Shown: in pieces, positions 12,721 to 27,800 of the stretch
Layout: each line of letters begins with the position of its first letter
How positions within the stretch are numbered: the stretch's first letter is position 1
Source: Geosiphon pyriformis uo1
Taxonomy: Eukaryota; Fungi; Glomeromycota
Direction of reading: 5' to 3'
Length of the DNA stretch: 64,000 nt
Assembly: GCA_016748015.1 (NCBI GenBank)
Contig: JAAOMT010000602.1
Coordinates: forward strand, 385,696 to 449,695
Position numbers and translations under genes: made by a program
Notes under the pieces: generated by a model
Told to the model about the DNA's origin: nothing
What the model saw: only the letters and a program-made list of their open reading frames with translations
The model's database searches: none

Positions 12721-12984
12721 AAAAAACAGAGTTTAATCAAGAGTTTATTTTGTTAATATCTTGAATTTGGATGGAAACGAAGATTATATACTTTTCTAAT
12801 TTGTAAAACAATTTTTTTTAGGTTCAATAATATGGAAAGAAAAAAGAAGGAAATTCTACAAAATGATTTCTAAATCAATTCATATTTTTTATAAGATTTG
12901 AGAAGAAAAAAATGTTTATCACTAAAAAATTTACATGAAGGGAGATAAAATGTAAAACCTTCAAGGTTATTTCTTGGAGAATAT

Positions 12985-14049
12985 TTAATAGGAATCCAAA
13001 ATCCAATCAGTAGGAACATCATATGCCGTGAAAAATGGTAATGAGATTTCGAAAAAGTCTTCAGGTTCTTCCATCACAAAATCCCAATTAGTTGCCTCAT
13101 GATAGCTTTTCCTGGCAAAATTGACACAAGAAGGTTGATCTTTTTCATAAATGACTGGGGGCATTTGAGCCAAGCTTTCAAATTCAGGCATTGGGCAAAA
13201 TTGATTCGTAAAATATTCCGAGTCATTGAAATTCTTAGGCAAATAATAATGCTCTGAATCTGGTTGTGTTTGTATTATAGGATGGTAGTTTAAATTTGGG
13301 TCGCTGCAATTTGAATCAAAGATCCAGAATGGTTCATTCATTGGATCAGATGAGAACCCATTTGAATATTTAATTTCATCTCTTGTTAGAGAAACCTGAA
13401 ATTCAGATGGGGAAAATTTGTTGTCCAACAACTGTTGATTGTTATCTTCTTGTATTTTAGAATTTCTCAGTGAAATAGAAGGATAATTAAGAGAGCTCAA
13501 CTCGCTTCTTTCTTCTGAATTTTCAGTTTTGGATAAAATTGATTTATTGGGATTGGTATAAGCCATTTTCTTTGAAGAATATTTTAACTTAGCCTTATCT
13601 TTCCGAAATTTCTTTTGTAATTGTGAAATTGATTTTTTTCTGGCAAGAGTATTTGAAGAATTTTGTGACTCTGGTATAGGATTGCAAGAAATAGGTTTCA
13701 GGCTTTGTGCAATTTCTCGTGAAATTCGGCGAAAATCATCTTTCACGGCAACAGATTTATTTTTCCACTTTTCTGAAGCCAATGAAGACACGCTTTTAGC
13801 TGGAAGAAAGTAACCATTGTTACTTAAAACCTTCATAAATGCTTTTCGGAAAAGCATAAAGCAGTTTGGTGGTTTAACATTTTCAACTCTTCCTGTTTTA
13901 TATTTCCTTTTGAGGTTCTCTAATTCATCAGTTAAAGGAAACGGTACGTCAATTTCCTTCAAGGGCTTTTTTATTTTTATGAGAGGATTGGTAAATTGAT
14001 TAGGTGAAGGTGGTGAGGATAGTGTTTGATGAGCATTTGGGGTTCCCAT
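12985..14049 (-). CDS. HMG-box transcription factor (MATA_HMG/SOX-TCF-like subfamily), 354 aa, intronless
   Basis: Intact ORF with HMG motif KPPNCFMLFRKAF..SVSSLASEKWKN...VKDDFRRIS, preceded by a PFP motif, followed by a basic stretch and an acidic/aromatic low-complexity C-terminus. Confidence 0.9.
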   Translation of the reverse strand: MGTPNAHQTLSSPPSPNQFTNPLIKIKKPLKEIDVPFPLTDELENLKRKYKTGRVENVKPPNCFMLFRKAFMKVLSNNGYFLPAKSVSSLASEKWKNKSVAVKDDFRRISREIAQSLKPISCNPIPESQNSSNTLARKKSISQLQKKFRKDKAKLKYSSKKMAYTNPNKSILSKTENSEERSELSSLNYPSISLRNSKIQEDNNQQLLDNKFSPSEFQVSLTRDEIKYSNGFSSDPMNEPFWIFDSNCSDPNLNYHPIIQTQPDSEHYYLPKNFNDSEYFTNQFCPMPEFESLAQMPPVIYEKDQPSCVNFARKSYHEATNWDFVMEEPEDFFEISLPFFTAYDVPTDWILDSY

Positions 14050-17000
14050 TATTCTGGTAAGCTACTTTTGAAAAAGAATTGAAAAAATAGTGTTGTTTAG
14101 ATTTTAGAAATGAGAAAAGCTATATTTATACTTTCTTCCAAAAAATAAAAATAATTAACCTTAGAGTGGCGTATTTTATATTTGTGAAACAGGATAGTTG
14201 GAAGTTTTTAAATTTCTAGCCACATTGTTTCTGTAAATTATGTCTACGGAAACTAAGCCCGAAATAAATTCGGATATGGGAAACAAATGATTAAGAAAAC
14301 CACATGGGAGGAGAAAGATTACGTGTCATGCACGAATATTCTCAAAAGTGGTAAAAGACTAGTGGGTCATATTTGAATACATCTATGTGACTTCTTTTAA
14401 TGTATTATATCTTTTAAGAAACTTCTTATATGAGTTCATTAGAGTAAGAAAATTCTGTAACTTTCAAAAATAAATAAAACGCGTTTATTTTATAATTATG
14501 CCCTTTTTAATTAGTGCTCCAAAACACAAACTCCTGATAAAACGCGACGTGTTCTGGAATGTTGGAATAAGCATGACTAAAGAATAAATCTAGTTTTTAA
14601 AAAAATTCTTTGTAAAACGATAACCGACGGAACGCCAAATATGCAGGAAGAGAGAAATTAAAATTTTTCATCTTTTTTTTTTCACCAAAAAATCTGACCG
14701 AATATTGATTCTATTGAATAATTCTGGTCAATTTCGGTAACTTTGAATCACTTGTGAACAATTAGAGTTTTATAGATCTATTCTGAACTTCAACCATATG
14801 GCCGAATATGCATTAGAATGTGACACCGTATCTATAATAGTGGAAGAAATCTGTCAAATATCGTCATATGCATAATTATGATTGACGATGACACCAATAT
14901 GAATTCTCAAATAATTTATGAGTCAAAAACTGAAAGAATGAAATTCGGCAAATCTTCATGAATATCCAAATACTTTGTGGTTCGTATTTATTTATTAAAA
15001 ACTAAAAAATAAAAAGCCAAAGAAATTTGAGATTTAATAAAGTTCTATTCTGAAAGCAATACACAATCAAAGTAGATTCCAAAAACTGCCAAGAACAAAA
15101 ATACATAAATTATATTGTAAAAATTCTATATTTAATGCTTAATTCTGAAAATTTATAAAAAATCATATGAGATATAGAGATAAATATTATTTTTTGTTTA
15201 ACACAATCAAAAGAAGATTTCTAAACATATTTTCACCTTCTAAGATTATATTTTAAACTTCTATAGGCACCCCTAAATTCTGCAGATATTTTCTCATGGA
15301 CTTTAATATCACGAAATAAAAGCAAAAACCATGTCTGTTTTAGGTTTTATGATAAAATGCATAATAACTAAAGGATAATAGTTTTTAATGCATAACAGTT
15401 AATATTTAAACTCTGATTCAGGTTTCTTTAGTAAAATTGAAATTAAACAAAGACCTATTTTAAACAAACTGTTCATATACATGCCATATGACGTTCTCAA
15501 GGCATTAGATTATCTCGTGTGCGCGAAAAAAATGTTATTTCATGTGTGTGAACGATCATAACCAAAAACATTTTTAATATTGTATGAAATCTAAAATTCG
15601 GATTTTGCATTGTGTAATTTATGGCTAAAAAGAGTGGAAAAAGGATTTATCAGTTTAAAATTTATTCTTTTATCAAGTACATGCATGAAAGATTTTCATT
15701 AGATAGTATCCCATTTTTAGGTTTCTAAAATTTATCAAGTTACCATATTTTAGGCTATTATCATCCAGATTAAAATCTGGAAACAAATTGTTTTCACTTA
15801 AAACTTTAAATGTGTGAATTTTTTAAAAAGTTTTCCTTGACGAGAAATGAAAGTTTTGCTTTAAGTTTTTGTTAATAATATTTGTGAATAGCATAAGTTT
15901 ACAAAGTTTTTTTTTTTGAAAAAGATGTAATTTTTTATAATCAAACTGCTTGATATGTTTAGCCTTTTTTTGCTTTTTATTCAAAACACAAATATTTAGT
16001 ATAAAATCAAAAACTTGTAAAAGCTTTTCAAATTTAAGTCTTTAATACATTAATAAATTACATATATTAAAAAGTTTTTGAAAGAATAAAGAATTTTAAT
16101 TTGTAGATATTTGCTATAAATAATTTTTTTTTGCCAAGTATAATTTTAATTTTTAAAATAATATTATAATTCTTTTTTTATTTTTAAGATTTAACCATTC
16201 AGACCAAATTATTTTAAAAATCATAAATAAATTTAAGCAGTTTTTTTTATTGTAAAATTTTTTACAACAATAATAAATGTAATCTTGGCCAGTTCAAATG
16301 GGTAATTACATATAGTAAATACATGAATTATATGTATTGTAAAAGTAAAATTCAACAGAACCATACTTTTTAATAACAACTAATTAAATAAAATAAATTA
16401 AATTAAATTATTGTTTTTTGTTTAAATTTTAATATTAGATTTTAATAATAAAGAATATTTTAGAATAATAACATTTTATTAATAAAAAATATATAATACA
16501 AAAATATTTTAATTTACATAATATTTAATAATATTTAAGTAAAAAAAAATTGGTTCAAAAGTTAATTAAACAAGTAATATTTTATAGTTAAACTATTTTT
16601 TGGGATAAATTCAAAATTAAATTAAAAAAAACCTGATATTAAAATATTTAATTATACAAATTCCACTTCAATATTAAATAAGCTTTTTAAAAATAACAAT
16701 ATAAAAAAATTGGTTTGTTTTTTTCCAAAAATTGAATAAAATTTTTACATAAAATGGACAAATTATTTTAATACTATTTTAAATGTAAAAATATAAATTT
16801 TGAAATTTGTAAATTAATAAAAACAAATAAACAAATTTAAAAAAACCTTAATTCAAAATATAAAAATAATTTTGTTAAAAAAAATAAAATCTTAAAGAAA
16901 TCTAAAAATTTTGTTAAAAAACCTAATTAAATTAATGTAAATTAATTATTGAGAATAATATTATTATTATATTTTATAATAACCATTATGACATAGAGTA

Positions 17001-18398
17001 AATGGCAATAGGCGTGCGTAAGCCACTACAAATGGTGGCTGGAGTGAACAGGGCATTCGTGTCAGGTGAAAAATTTGCAGCTGTAGCCTTGATTGGTCCG
17101 GGTGCCTACACCATCAGCAGAAAAAATAAAAAATAAATTCTAAAATTATTATTAAGTATTCAAATGTTAAAATATTTATTATTTTCGTTAGTTTATAAAT
17201 ATAATTAAATATAAAAAGAATTAAATTTAGTAAATAATAATAATTTCAATAAATTATTAAAAAATTATTGTTCAAAAATACCTATATTTTAAGATTCTAA
17301 AAATTTTAACACTTGAAATAAATCAATTTTGTCGGAAAAATGTGTTTTAACCAATTTATAACCTTTAAAACTCAAAAATATATAAATTTTAAATTTTAAA
17401 TGTTTTATATTATGTAAACTAAATTGTAAAAATTTAAATGTTATTTTTGTTAATTAAAATAAATCAATTAATCAATAAAATTTTATCCGTAAAAAATTTA
17501 GTATCAATTATAATGTCAATATTTCTTATTTAAATAAAATTTTTAATTGATCTTAATTATAAAACAAAATCTTTTTTAATAATAAATATTTATTAAGGAT
17601 GGAATTGCGAATGTGCCAAATAAGTATTACATTAATTACGACTAATTGCAATTATATGATTTAAATTTTCAACCCTGTAATAATTACACATTACACCAGT
17701 TGCCACTTATTAAGATGTCATTTTTAATATTTAGTAAATAAACTTTTCATAAGAAATTTAAAAAGCAATTTAGTTAATTTAATTTTATAAAACTGATAAT
17801 TTTAAATTATAATAAAGCAAATTATTAAAAAATTGTAAATAAAATAAAAATTTAAATAAAAATATTTTAAAAATTATTATTAAATATTTTTTGCATTAAT
17901 TAATTTAAATATACAAATTTATTCATTATTTAATGATATATAATAATAATATTTGATTAATTATGATACATCTATTTTTTGACATTGTTACTAAATTAAT
18001 ACCTGAATCAATAATTTTTTAAAATAAATTTTTTGAATTTTAATCATTTTATTATTGTTATAAATAGTATTTTTAATTTGCTTTTTATAAACCCAAATTA
18101 ATAATTTATTCCTAAAATATTATTAATTAATAATATTCATATTTTTATAATTAACTTGTTTAAATTTTTTTGTGTAAACAATGGTTTTAAAAAAAGCTTA
18201 ATTTTTAATTTTAGCTTTATAATCATTATTATTGTTATTATTATTTAAAATAATAAATCTTTGATTTCATAAAAAACTCCATTTCTCTGAAATACGTGTA
18301 TATCTTGAGCATTTTCTGATTTATTCTTTTTTTCAAAAACATTTAAAATTAAGTCCGAAAACATTTTCTAAAATATTTTTTGAAAAATCTTTATTCCA

Positions 18399-19659
18399 AT
18401 GTCTCAAACAATTCAAACTTCCATCCCATCTGAGGGGATTTTTCCACGTCCACCTAAAGACGAGGAGCTTTTAGGGTTTCAATTTTTCAAGGTTTTGAGT
18501 GAAGGTAGAAGTTGTTTTTGGTTTGTAAAAACATAGCTTCTATTCATTGATTTATGAATTAATTATCAGACCCTAGAACAAAAACTTTAAATGTTTTGGG
18601 TTTTCTTCAAGCTGACAACGAAGCTCCTACGCATGCTATCTTGCTTCTTGAAAAAACACACTTTAACAATGAAGAAATTTCTGTTCTTGCAAGAGAACGA
18701 GTTGAAAAATGGATTTCGCATGAATCCAATGATATATATCACATATATTTCGGAACTACCAAGAACAATGAGAAATGGCCCGACTTTAAAGTGACCATCA
18801 TTTGGCCAGCGACTGATATGGTAAATTAACAAAAGAATTTGGCTAACTTATCGAATAAAACCTTTACTTCTAGTTCTTTCAATTGTGACAGCATATCAGG
18901 AAGTATAGCGCGCAGTCTCGCTATTTGGTGGCGGAGACCCCAAAAATATACCAAGATGTTGTCAAAAGTTTCATTGAAGCTATTCCAATTAGCCGGATTC
19001 AATGGGTTTACAATATCCTGGCCAAAGATAAAGAGGCTGAAAAAATTTTATTGGAGTCTGCAGGCGAAGATGGGTTCATTGTTTTGCCAGACATGTAAAT
19101 TAAATTTTCTGAATCTTGAAATAATCCACTTAGATACAACATTTAATCAAATTTCTATATATCAGGAAATGGGATGGGGTCACTTTGGAAAGCTTATACC
19201 TGCTTGCAATCGTAAACCGTCGAGACATTCATTCTTTACGTGATCTAAATCAAAACCACTTGTCATTTCTAAAGAACTTGCGACGGAAGATATTGGATTT
19301 CATACCAGCTCGCTTTCCTGGAATTCGGCCTGATCAGTTACGACTCTTTGTCCATTACCAACCATCCTACTGTAAGTTTAAATCAATATTGAAGACCAAA
19401 TATTTCAAATTATAATTTGTAAAGGAAAATTTGAATTTTAGACCATTTTCATGTCCACATAACTCATATTGCCCAGGACAGCATTCCAGGTGGAATCGCG
19501 ATAGAAAAGGCTCACTTATTAGACACAATCATTGATAATATCGCTAATATTGCGGGCGATTATTATCAAAGGGCCACGCTGACATACGCCCTTGGTGAAA
19601 ACGAACCCTTATTTTCCCTGTTGAATGATGTTGGTGCTAGAGTAAGCCCTCAAACATAA
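18399..19659 (+). CDS. DCS1: m7GpppX diphosphatase (scavenger mRNA decapping enzyme DcpS), ~327 aa
   Basis: Exons 18399-18504, 18570-18820, 18892-19094, 19166-19371, 19442-19659 (all GT-AG, 984 nt, in frame). Motifs SNDIY, IWPATDMHIRKY, QWVYNIL, LPDMKWDG, SLRDL and the HIT signature HYQPSYYHFHVH. Confidence 0.95.
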
Positions 19660-19931
19660 AATTAAATTTTGAATTCGGAGAAATGTAGAACCTAAAGTGC
19701 AAAAAGCATTTGGCCAGAAATTTCTAAGTTCCCCAGCACATGAACCTTTAATGGTCAATCCTTTTATTTATAAATTCACTTTAAGAATTTATTTTGAATT
19801 TCCATAACAGATTAACCCGCAGGCCTATTTTTTATTTTGAATCATATTATTTTAGTCGTTATAACTGATGTTCCAGTGGCAGATAAGTATCAGTCGGTCG
19901 TTATACGATGTGCATCCCATTGTGATGGACA

Positions 19932-21642
<1,711 letters not shown>

Positions 21643-21697
21643 AATGTGGTTGAAATACAATCAAGAAAAAAGACAAAAGCAAACAGCGACCGTTAAC

Positions 21698-21736
21698 ACG
21701 CGTTATTTTGCAACTATTAAATAGATCTTTACGTCA
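21698..21736. promoter_or_regulatory. Candidate MCB box (ACGCGT) and CRE-like site (TTACGTCA) upstream of UBE2T
   Basis: ACGCGT at 21698-21703 and TTACGTCA at 21729-21736, 56-94 bp upstream of the ATG, in otherwise CpG-poor DNA. Confidence 0.4.
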
Positions 21737-22659
21737 GTGTATCTTTATATTTAACAGATTATTAATAATTAAAAAACAAATACTATTACATGTTTGATAT
21801 GATTGCCAATTTTTTATTCTAATATTTACAAGTTCAAATATCCAATACAATAGCCAAAACTAGTAATTTTTCTACTAAAGTAAATTTTAACCAACTGCAA
21901 ATTGCCATAGCTATAAATTTTGTAAATACAAATAATATAACAAAAAAGATTTTCAAATATAAAATAGCAAATTTACAACTTATAAAATAATTATCTGTTA
22001 ATTTATTAAGTAAACTGTATACATTATATATATAAATATTTTTAATTTTGTATATAAAAACAAAATATTATTAAATAATATATATATTTTATGTTCTAAT
22101 AATGTTTTAATACTAAATAAATTAAAAATACATATAAACAGAATATTAAAACATTGAAAAATTGAAAAAATACTATGTTAATATAATTTAAAAATTTTTA
22201 AAAGACCAACTTAATTTATTATAATAAACTATTAAGTTATATATATGTTTTACTAAAATTTAATACCAAAATTAATGTTCAAACTTTAATAAAATTGGTT
22301 AAATTAATAATTTGAGTAATACAAACAAAATATTAATTTACAAAATATATATTCAAGTTTTAAAAGTATAAAGTTAATATTAAATAATTATATTAATTTA
22401 AATATTTAAATATTTTATTATGTTTTAATAAAATATGGTTTTTTATAAACTATATTAATTACATAAAAATTATTATAAATAATGTAGTTTTATACATAGC
22501 AAATCATTAAAATTTAAGTTAATAAATACTTATATATTTTTTAAATCAAAAATATTTAATATTTTTATTTTGCCAAATAATTTACATATTTTTATTTTAT
22601 TTTAATTATTAATCTTTTTTTTTATTGAAGTTTAACAAATATAACTCAATCATTATTTA

Positions 22660-24885
22660 GTTTTTTAGAATAAACTGATCATTCTAAATTAAGTACAGTT
22701 TACATATTTTTTACATATAACCAGTTGCTTAAACCAGTTTAAACTACACTATGTTGACAACTTACAAGAAAACTTGTTTAAGGTAAACATTTTTTGAATT
22801 ATATTAAAAAAATGAAACTATTAGAAACCAATCTAATAAGCCACTCAACTGTTTTTATAGAACTAAATCTAATCTTAAGAAATTCAAATTTTTAAAATGT
22901 TATTAACTTATTAAATATCTTATTATTCACTTTAACTAGAATTTCAAAATTACTAAACATATCAATATTTTTATATTACACTTTGTCTTTAATGTTATCA
23001 TCTTTCTTTTCAACTTACCAACAGATTTACTAAAAGCATTCAAATATATCATAAACTTATTAATCTTGTTTTTAAGCTTGCTGTTTAACATAAGATTACT
23101 CTTAACAAATTGTTTAAAAGTAGTTATTAATACACTAACAAGTTTAATAATAGATCTAACCAAAATTAACAACTTAGCCAAATCTAATTCCAAAGACATC
23201 AGTTAAAACAAAATTAAAAAATTATCTTTAATATTAGAAAAAAAAGTAGAGATTATTAATGGAGAGAATTTAGAAGAGTTCATAAGAGCAAATATTTTAG
23301 CATAAAACTTTATATCCACAAAATGTAAAGCAAACATCTTGAGAATTTTGGAAGAAAAAGGTAGATAAATCTTACAGTTTATAATTAAATAGTCTATTTC
23401 TTGACATTTAAAACAACATTAAAAATCAGAAGTTTTCTACCAAATATGACACTTTTTTAGTGTATTAATCTTAACAACAGCAGTATTCAAATCAATCTAA
23501 AATCTAAATATAACCAAAGCAAACTAAGAACAATAACCAGAATTAAAAAAGTGAGAAATAAAACATGTTAAACTACTAATCTAAGAAATTATATCACTAA
23601 TTTTAAAGACAGTACAACCAGAAAAAAAATTGATCAACTTGGTCTTAAATTTATTATAAAATATAATAGTTTTATTTTAATTTACCAAAAAGAGGATTCA
23701 AATACTATTTTTATCCACCAAAATTAACCAGTAACTAAGAACAGATATAACAATATTTAATTCTTTAAAATAAACAATTATGTATTACCAAATACCAATA
23801 AGCTTTAACACAACACAAAAAATTTCACCAAAACCACTAAAAACTGTTTTAATATTAGCAGCAAACATACTTAATGACACATTATAAAGTACAACAGCAG
23901 CAAAAAAAGAACCAAACTCAGAAATTACCAAAAATTTAACAATTTTAAAAGTGGCAAGATAAACAAAAATTGTAAGTTTAATCAGAAATACAACATTCAG
24001 AAAACTTTGGGAAACAAACTTTATACAGAAAGCTTTACATTGTCTTTAGAAACAGACTTTATACCCAAAAAACTATGCACAAATTAGAAAACAGTCCTAA
24101 TATAAACCAACTTGATTTTAAAAATTGCACTAAGCACTAAAATAAAAACCACTTATCTAGCAAACCTTTGGCAACTAAAAATAATTTTCCAAACACTACC
24201 AGTAACAATATCAGAAACTAACAAAGAGAATAATTTAGTTTTTATTTGGTCAGTTCAATTTTTAAAAACAGATAACATTATAAAAGATAGTTGTTTTGCT
24301 TCTAAAACTGATAATAATTTGCTAGAAAACACCATATTTAACAATATAATTAGTGATTAATTTTAGCCTATCTTGGATAACATACTAAATAATACAACAA
24401 AAATTTTATCTAAGATCTTATTAAAAACTACAAAAGAGTTTAATATAGCAATAATAAAGACAAGTAACTGCTTTTACTTTTTTGAGTTTTTGGTTTTTTT
24501 GACCATATTTTTTAAAGAAATAGTACTAATAGCACCAGATATAAAAGCTATAAAAAAAAAGATTAATTTGTTGACTGGTCTATTATTAAAAACTTTTAAA
24601 TTCTTAGTTGGAGTAAAGACAACATTGGAACTAACCCAAGTGTGTGTTTTTAAAAAAACTTTGACTGGTAAAAAACCATTCAAAGATGAAAAAAATGCTT
24701 TAGCAATTACTAAAAACAGCTTTTCATAATTACTAAATAAAGAAAAAACTTTTAAAACGTTCTGTTTAGCTGTTTTTACAACAGAAAGAGCTTTTTTAGT
24801 TGAAATTTTATTAGATATTTTAAAAAAAATATTAAGTACAGCTTTTTACTCTTTGCTTTGGTCGTAATCATAAAATTAAGAAGAC
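22660..24885 (-). mobile_element. ORF1-only non-autonomous LINE derivative (HAL1-like), ~2.2 kb, degenerate
   Basis: ORF1 start MITTKAKSKK at 24871, CCHC-knuckle remnant ~23380-23420, coiled-coil-like end 22936-23199. The coding region runs to ~22749 directly into the LINE 3' UTR motif (taaccagttgcttaaaccag ~22718-22738). No EN/RT. Confidence 0.75.
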
Positions 24886-27800
24886 TTATAATAATATATA
24901 TTGTTTTTTTAAAACAAAAAAAAGTTGTTAATTATTTTTGTTTTTTAATATTAACTTAAAATTAATTTTTAAAACTATAAATATTTGAAAAATAAGTTTA
25001 AAACTCTTAAATATTATATTATATATTTATTTATTATTTAATACAATATAATTAAGTATTTTAATTTAAATATAGATTACATATTTATTATATATAATTA
25101 ATTATTTAAATTAATTAAAATAATATTATAAATTTATTAATATAATTTTTTTATTAAAGTTTTACAAATGCAGTCCAATCACTACCTAAATACATAAAAT
25201 CAAGACAGATCTTAAATTAAGTATGGCTCATGCTTTTTTTACACATAACCAACTACTCAGGCCAATTAAGACAACACTATACATTTAAATTACTCACTAT
25301 GAAAACATTATTTAAAAAACCAAAATCCAATCTGAACAAGCTAAAATGCAAACCAAAACAGATATAAACACCCAACTTAATGCTGAAACTGTGAATCATC
25401 TTATTAGACCACAAGGATGACAAACCAAATACTAAAGAAACAGAAGATTTATCACATGACAAAAGATTATGTTTCTTATAGTAGAATCTTAACTTGGCTG
25501 CAGATAACCAAATAGCAGATTGGTGCTTTTTAGTAAGACAATAAACTAACTTAACAACTATTGTACCACCACCAAAACCAGCACCCAAATGGTAGACCAT
25601 ATTAATTATCCAATCTTTAAAACAAATTTCTTAGCCAGTATCATGTACAAATTAATAGATGAAGCAGTCTTATCCAAGGATCAAATAACCACATTTCTCA
25701 TAGCCAAAACTCTTAACAACACATTTTACTTTAGAGCAGTGTCTGAAAATATCTCATCCTTAACTCCATTGTTATAAGTGCAAGAGAACATGTAATTAGA
25801 GTCCTCTACCAACCCATATTTAATACAAACAATGCTTGGATATCTTAGATTATACTTTTTTTTCCTTATAACAACTGGCAAGTGATAGTGTAATGCCTTC
25901 ATAAAGTATAATTAAAGCATAGCCAATGCTGAACCAGTGTACTCAGACTGTATCTTGCCATTGGAGTGCTAAACATTAAAAGCCCTAGTCATATCGAAAT
26001 CATTATAGAAACTTATATTTACAATGCTTTCAACACATCTGGCTTCCCTACCAATAAAATTAACTGCATTGAACAATTTTTTAGCAAAGTAACAAACATT
26101 TCCAAAAACAGGCCTGCCTTTAATATTGAGAAAATAACATGGAATTACCAAAGGCAAAAAACACTTAAAATCAATTATGACATCAGCATAAAAATCTACA
26201 CACTTATTTTCAGCATTTTTAGAATAACTTTTGACCTTATTCCACATAATCAACAAATTTTTTCTCAAAATGATCTGATAAACATGTTTCCTTTTGATCC
26301 AGTATTTATTGTGAAAATTAAGACCAGACACATTATTGTGAGAGCAACACATGTCCAGTAAAGCTTAACTGTTCATGAACAAAATAATTAGACTAAAAAC
26401 AGGCACACATTTCAAAGCAAGAGCAATGGCCTGCAGCTCTACCAAAGTTGAGAAAAACAACTCATCCACTCTGATCTTAACACTAGTGTCCACATCCAGA
26501 AAATATGTTATAGCACTACCACAAGCACCAACCAATCCCAAACCTTTAACTAAGCCATTTGTATAAACATTTACAGAACTCAGCCCAAAATTTAGCAAAC
26601 ACTTGTAAATAAAGCTGAAGTCACAAGAGGTATTAATAAGAACAAACCAAGAAGATAACAATCTACTATATAACAAACTTTCTCTACCAATGAATTCAAC
26701 CAAAAATATAAACCAGACAGGAGTTAAGCCTCTAGAGTCTAGCTTTTTTTACTTGTAAAAAATGTTCCACGTAAAACACTTACCATAACAGTTTAGAAGC
26801 TAGTTCACAAACACAACACAGTATCTCCTAAAAGACTTAGCTACATCCAAATAATGATTCAAGCCTAGCATGTCCAAAGCCACAATTCCATTTCCAGTCC
26901 AAAAAACATCAGACAGATTACCACTTAAAGATAAGTTGTACAAATTAAGAGCACATGTTGTACCAGCCAAAAAGCATTTTATTGGATTAAATATCATTCA
27001 GTCAGAAATTTAAAAAGATGCTGGGGCATTCAGCTAGTGATCTGCAGTCCCATGATTTTGTGCTTGAATAAGTTACTGAGAATTTCATCAGTATTGGCAA
27101 AATTAACCAAACCAGCTAATAAATTCTTAGCCAGCACTTGCTCAAAAGTTTTTAAACCATACAATTCAGAATAATATAAAGCTTTATTTGGGAAATTCTT
27201 AGGCAGATTGGCTTTGAGCTTCAACTCTTTTCTTAATATTTTGTCTTACTTCTTATACATATTTTTAGAAACACAAGTGAATTGCAACTTATAGCTAACT
27301 ATGGGTTGCAAAATAACAAAAACCAAATACAAAAACTGCTTCTTAGTAATGGCTTTCTTTAACACTATATTTGAAAAAAACCTAATATCTGAATGAGTTT
27401 TGGTTAAGCTTGGCTTAAACAGGCCATCTGTTGGGAAAAAAATTCCCAAATATTGATGAGATTCATGCCTTTTGGCTATTGAAATATCAGATTCACTAAT
27501 AGACAACAATGCTTTTCTGGCTCTCTGGTTAATAAAAATGACAACCATTTTGTCTGTATTAATTAAAATATTATTGATCAAAAAAAACTTGCTTGCAATG
27601 TTCAAAATGCACTGTGTAACTGCCATACAGTTTCCAATCCAAATAGTATTATTAACAAAAGCACTAGCTGTAAAAAAAAACTTTTTTTTACCCTTAGAAT
27701 CAATCTTGTCAGTTTTTGTAAAAAATTTTAAACTTAATTTGTAACTACACAATTGTTCATGTCTCTTGACTTCACAAAGCAAGAAATCATAAAAAATCTT

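Noticed and set aside
12985-14049. HMG gene as a Mucorales-type sex locus (sexM/sexP)
   Set aside because: No flanking triose-phosphate transporter or RNA helicase gene; the neighbours are TEs and DcpS, and MATA_HMG genes are numerous in Glomeromycotina.
16989-17136. tRNA/tRNA-Sec, 5S rRNA, spliceosomal snRNA or hammerhead ribozyme
   Set aside because: No T-loop GTTCRA or cloverleaf, no 5S or snRNA signature, no CUGANGA/GAAA core. Kept only as an unidentified finding. The GPGAY similarity to DoxX proteins is too short to call.
18587-19243. ORFs 18587-18832, 18591-18794, 18839-19243 (and 19837-20079) as separate genes
   Set aside because: They are off-frame or antisense overlaps of the spliced DcpS and UBE2T genes.
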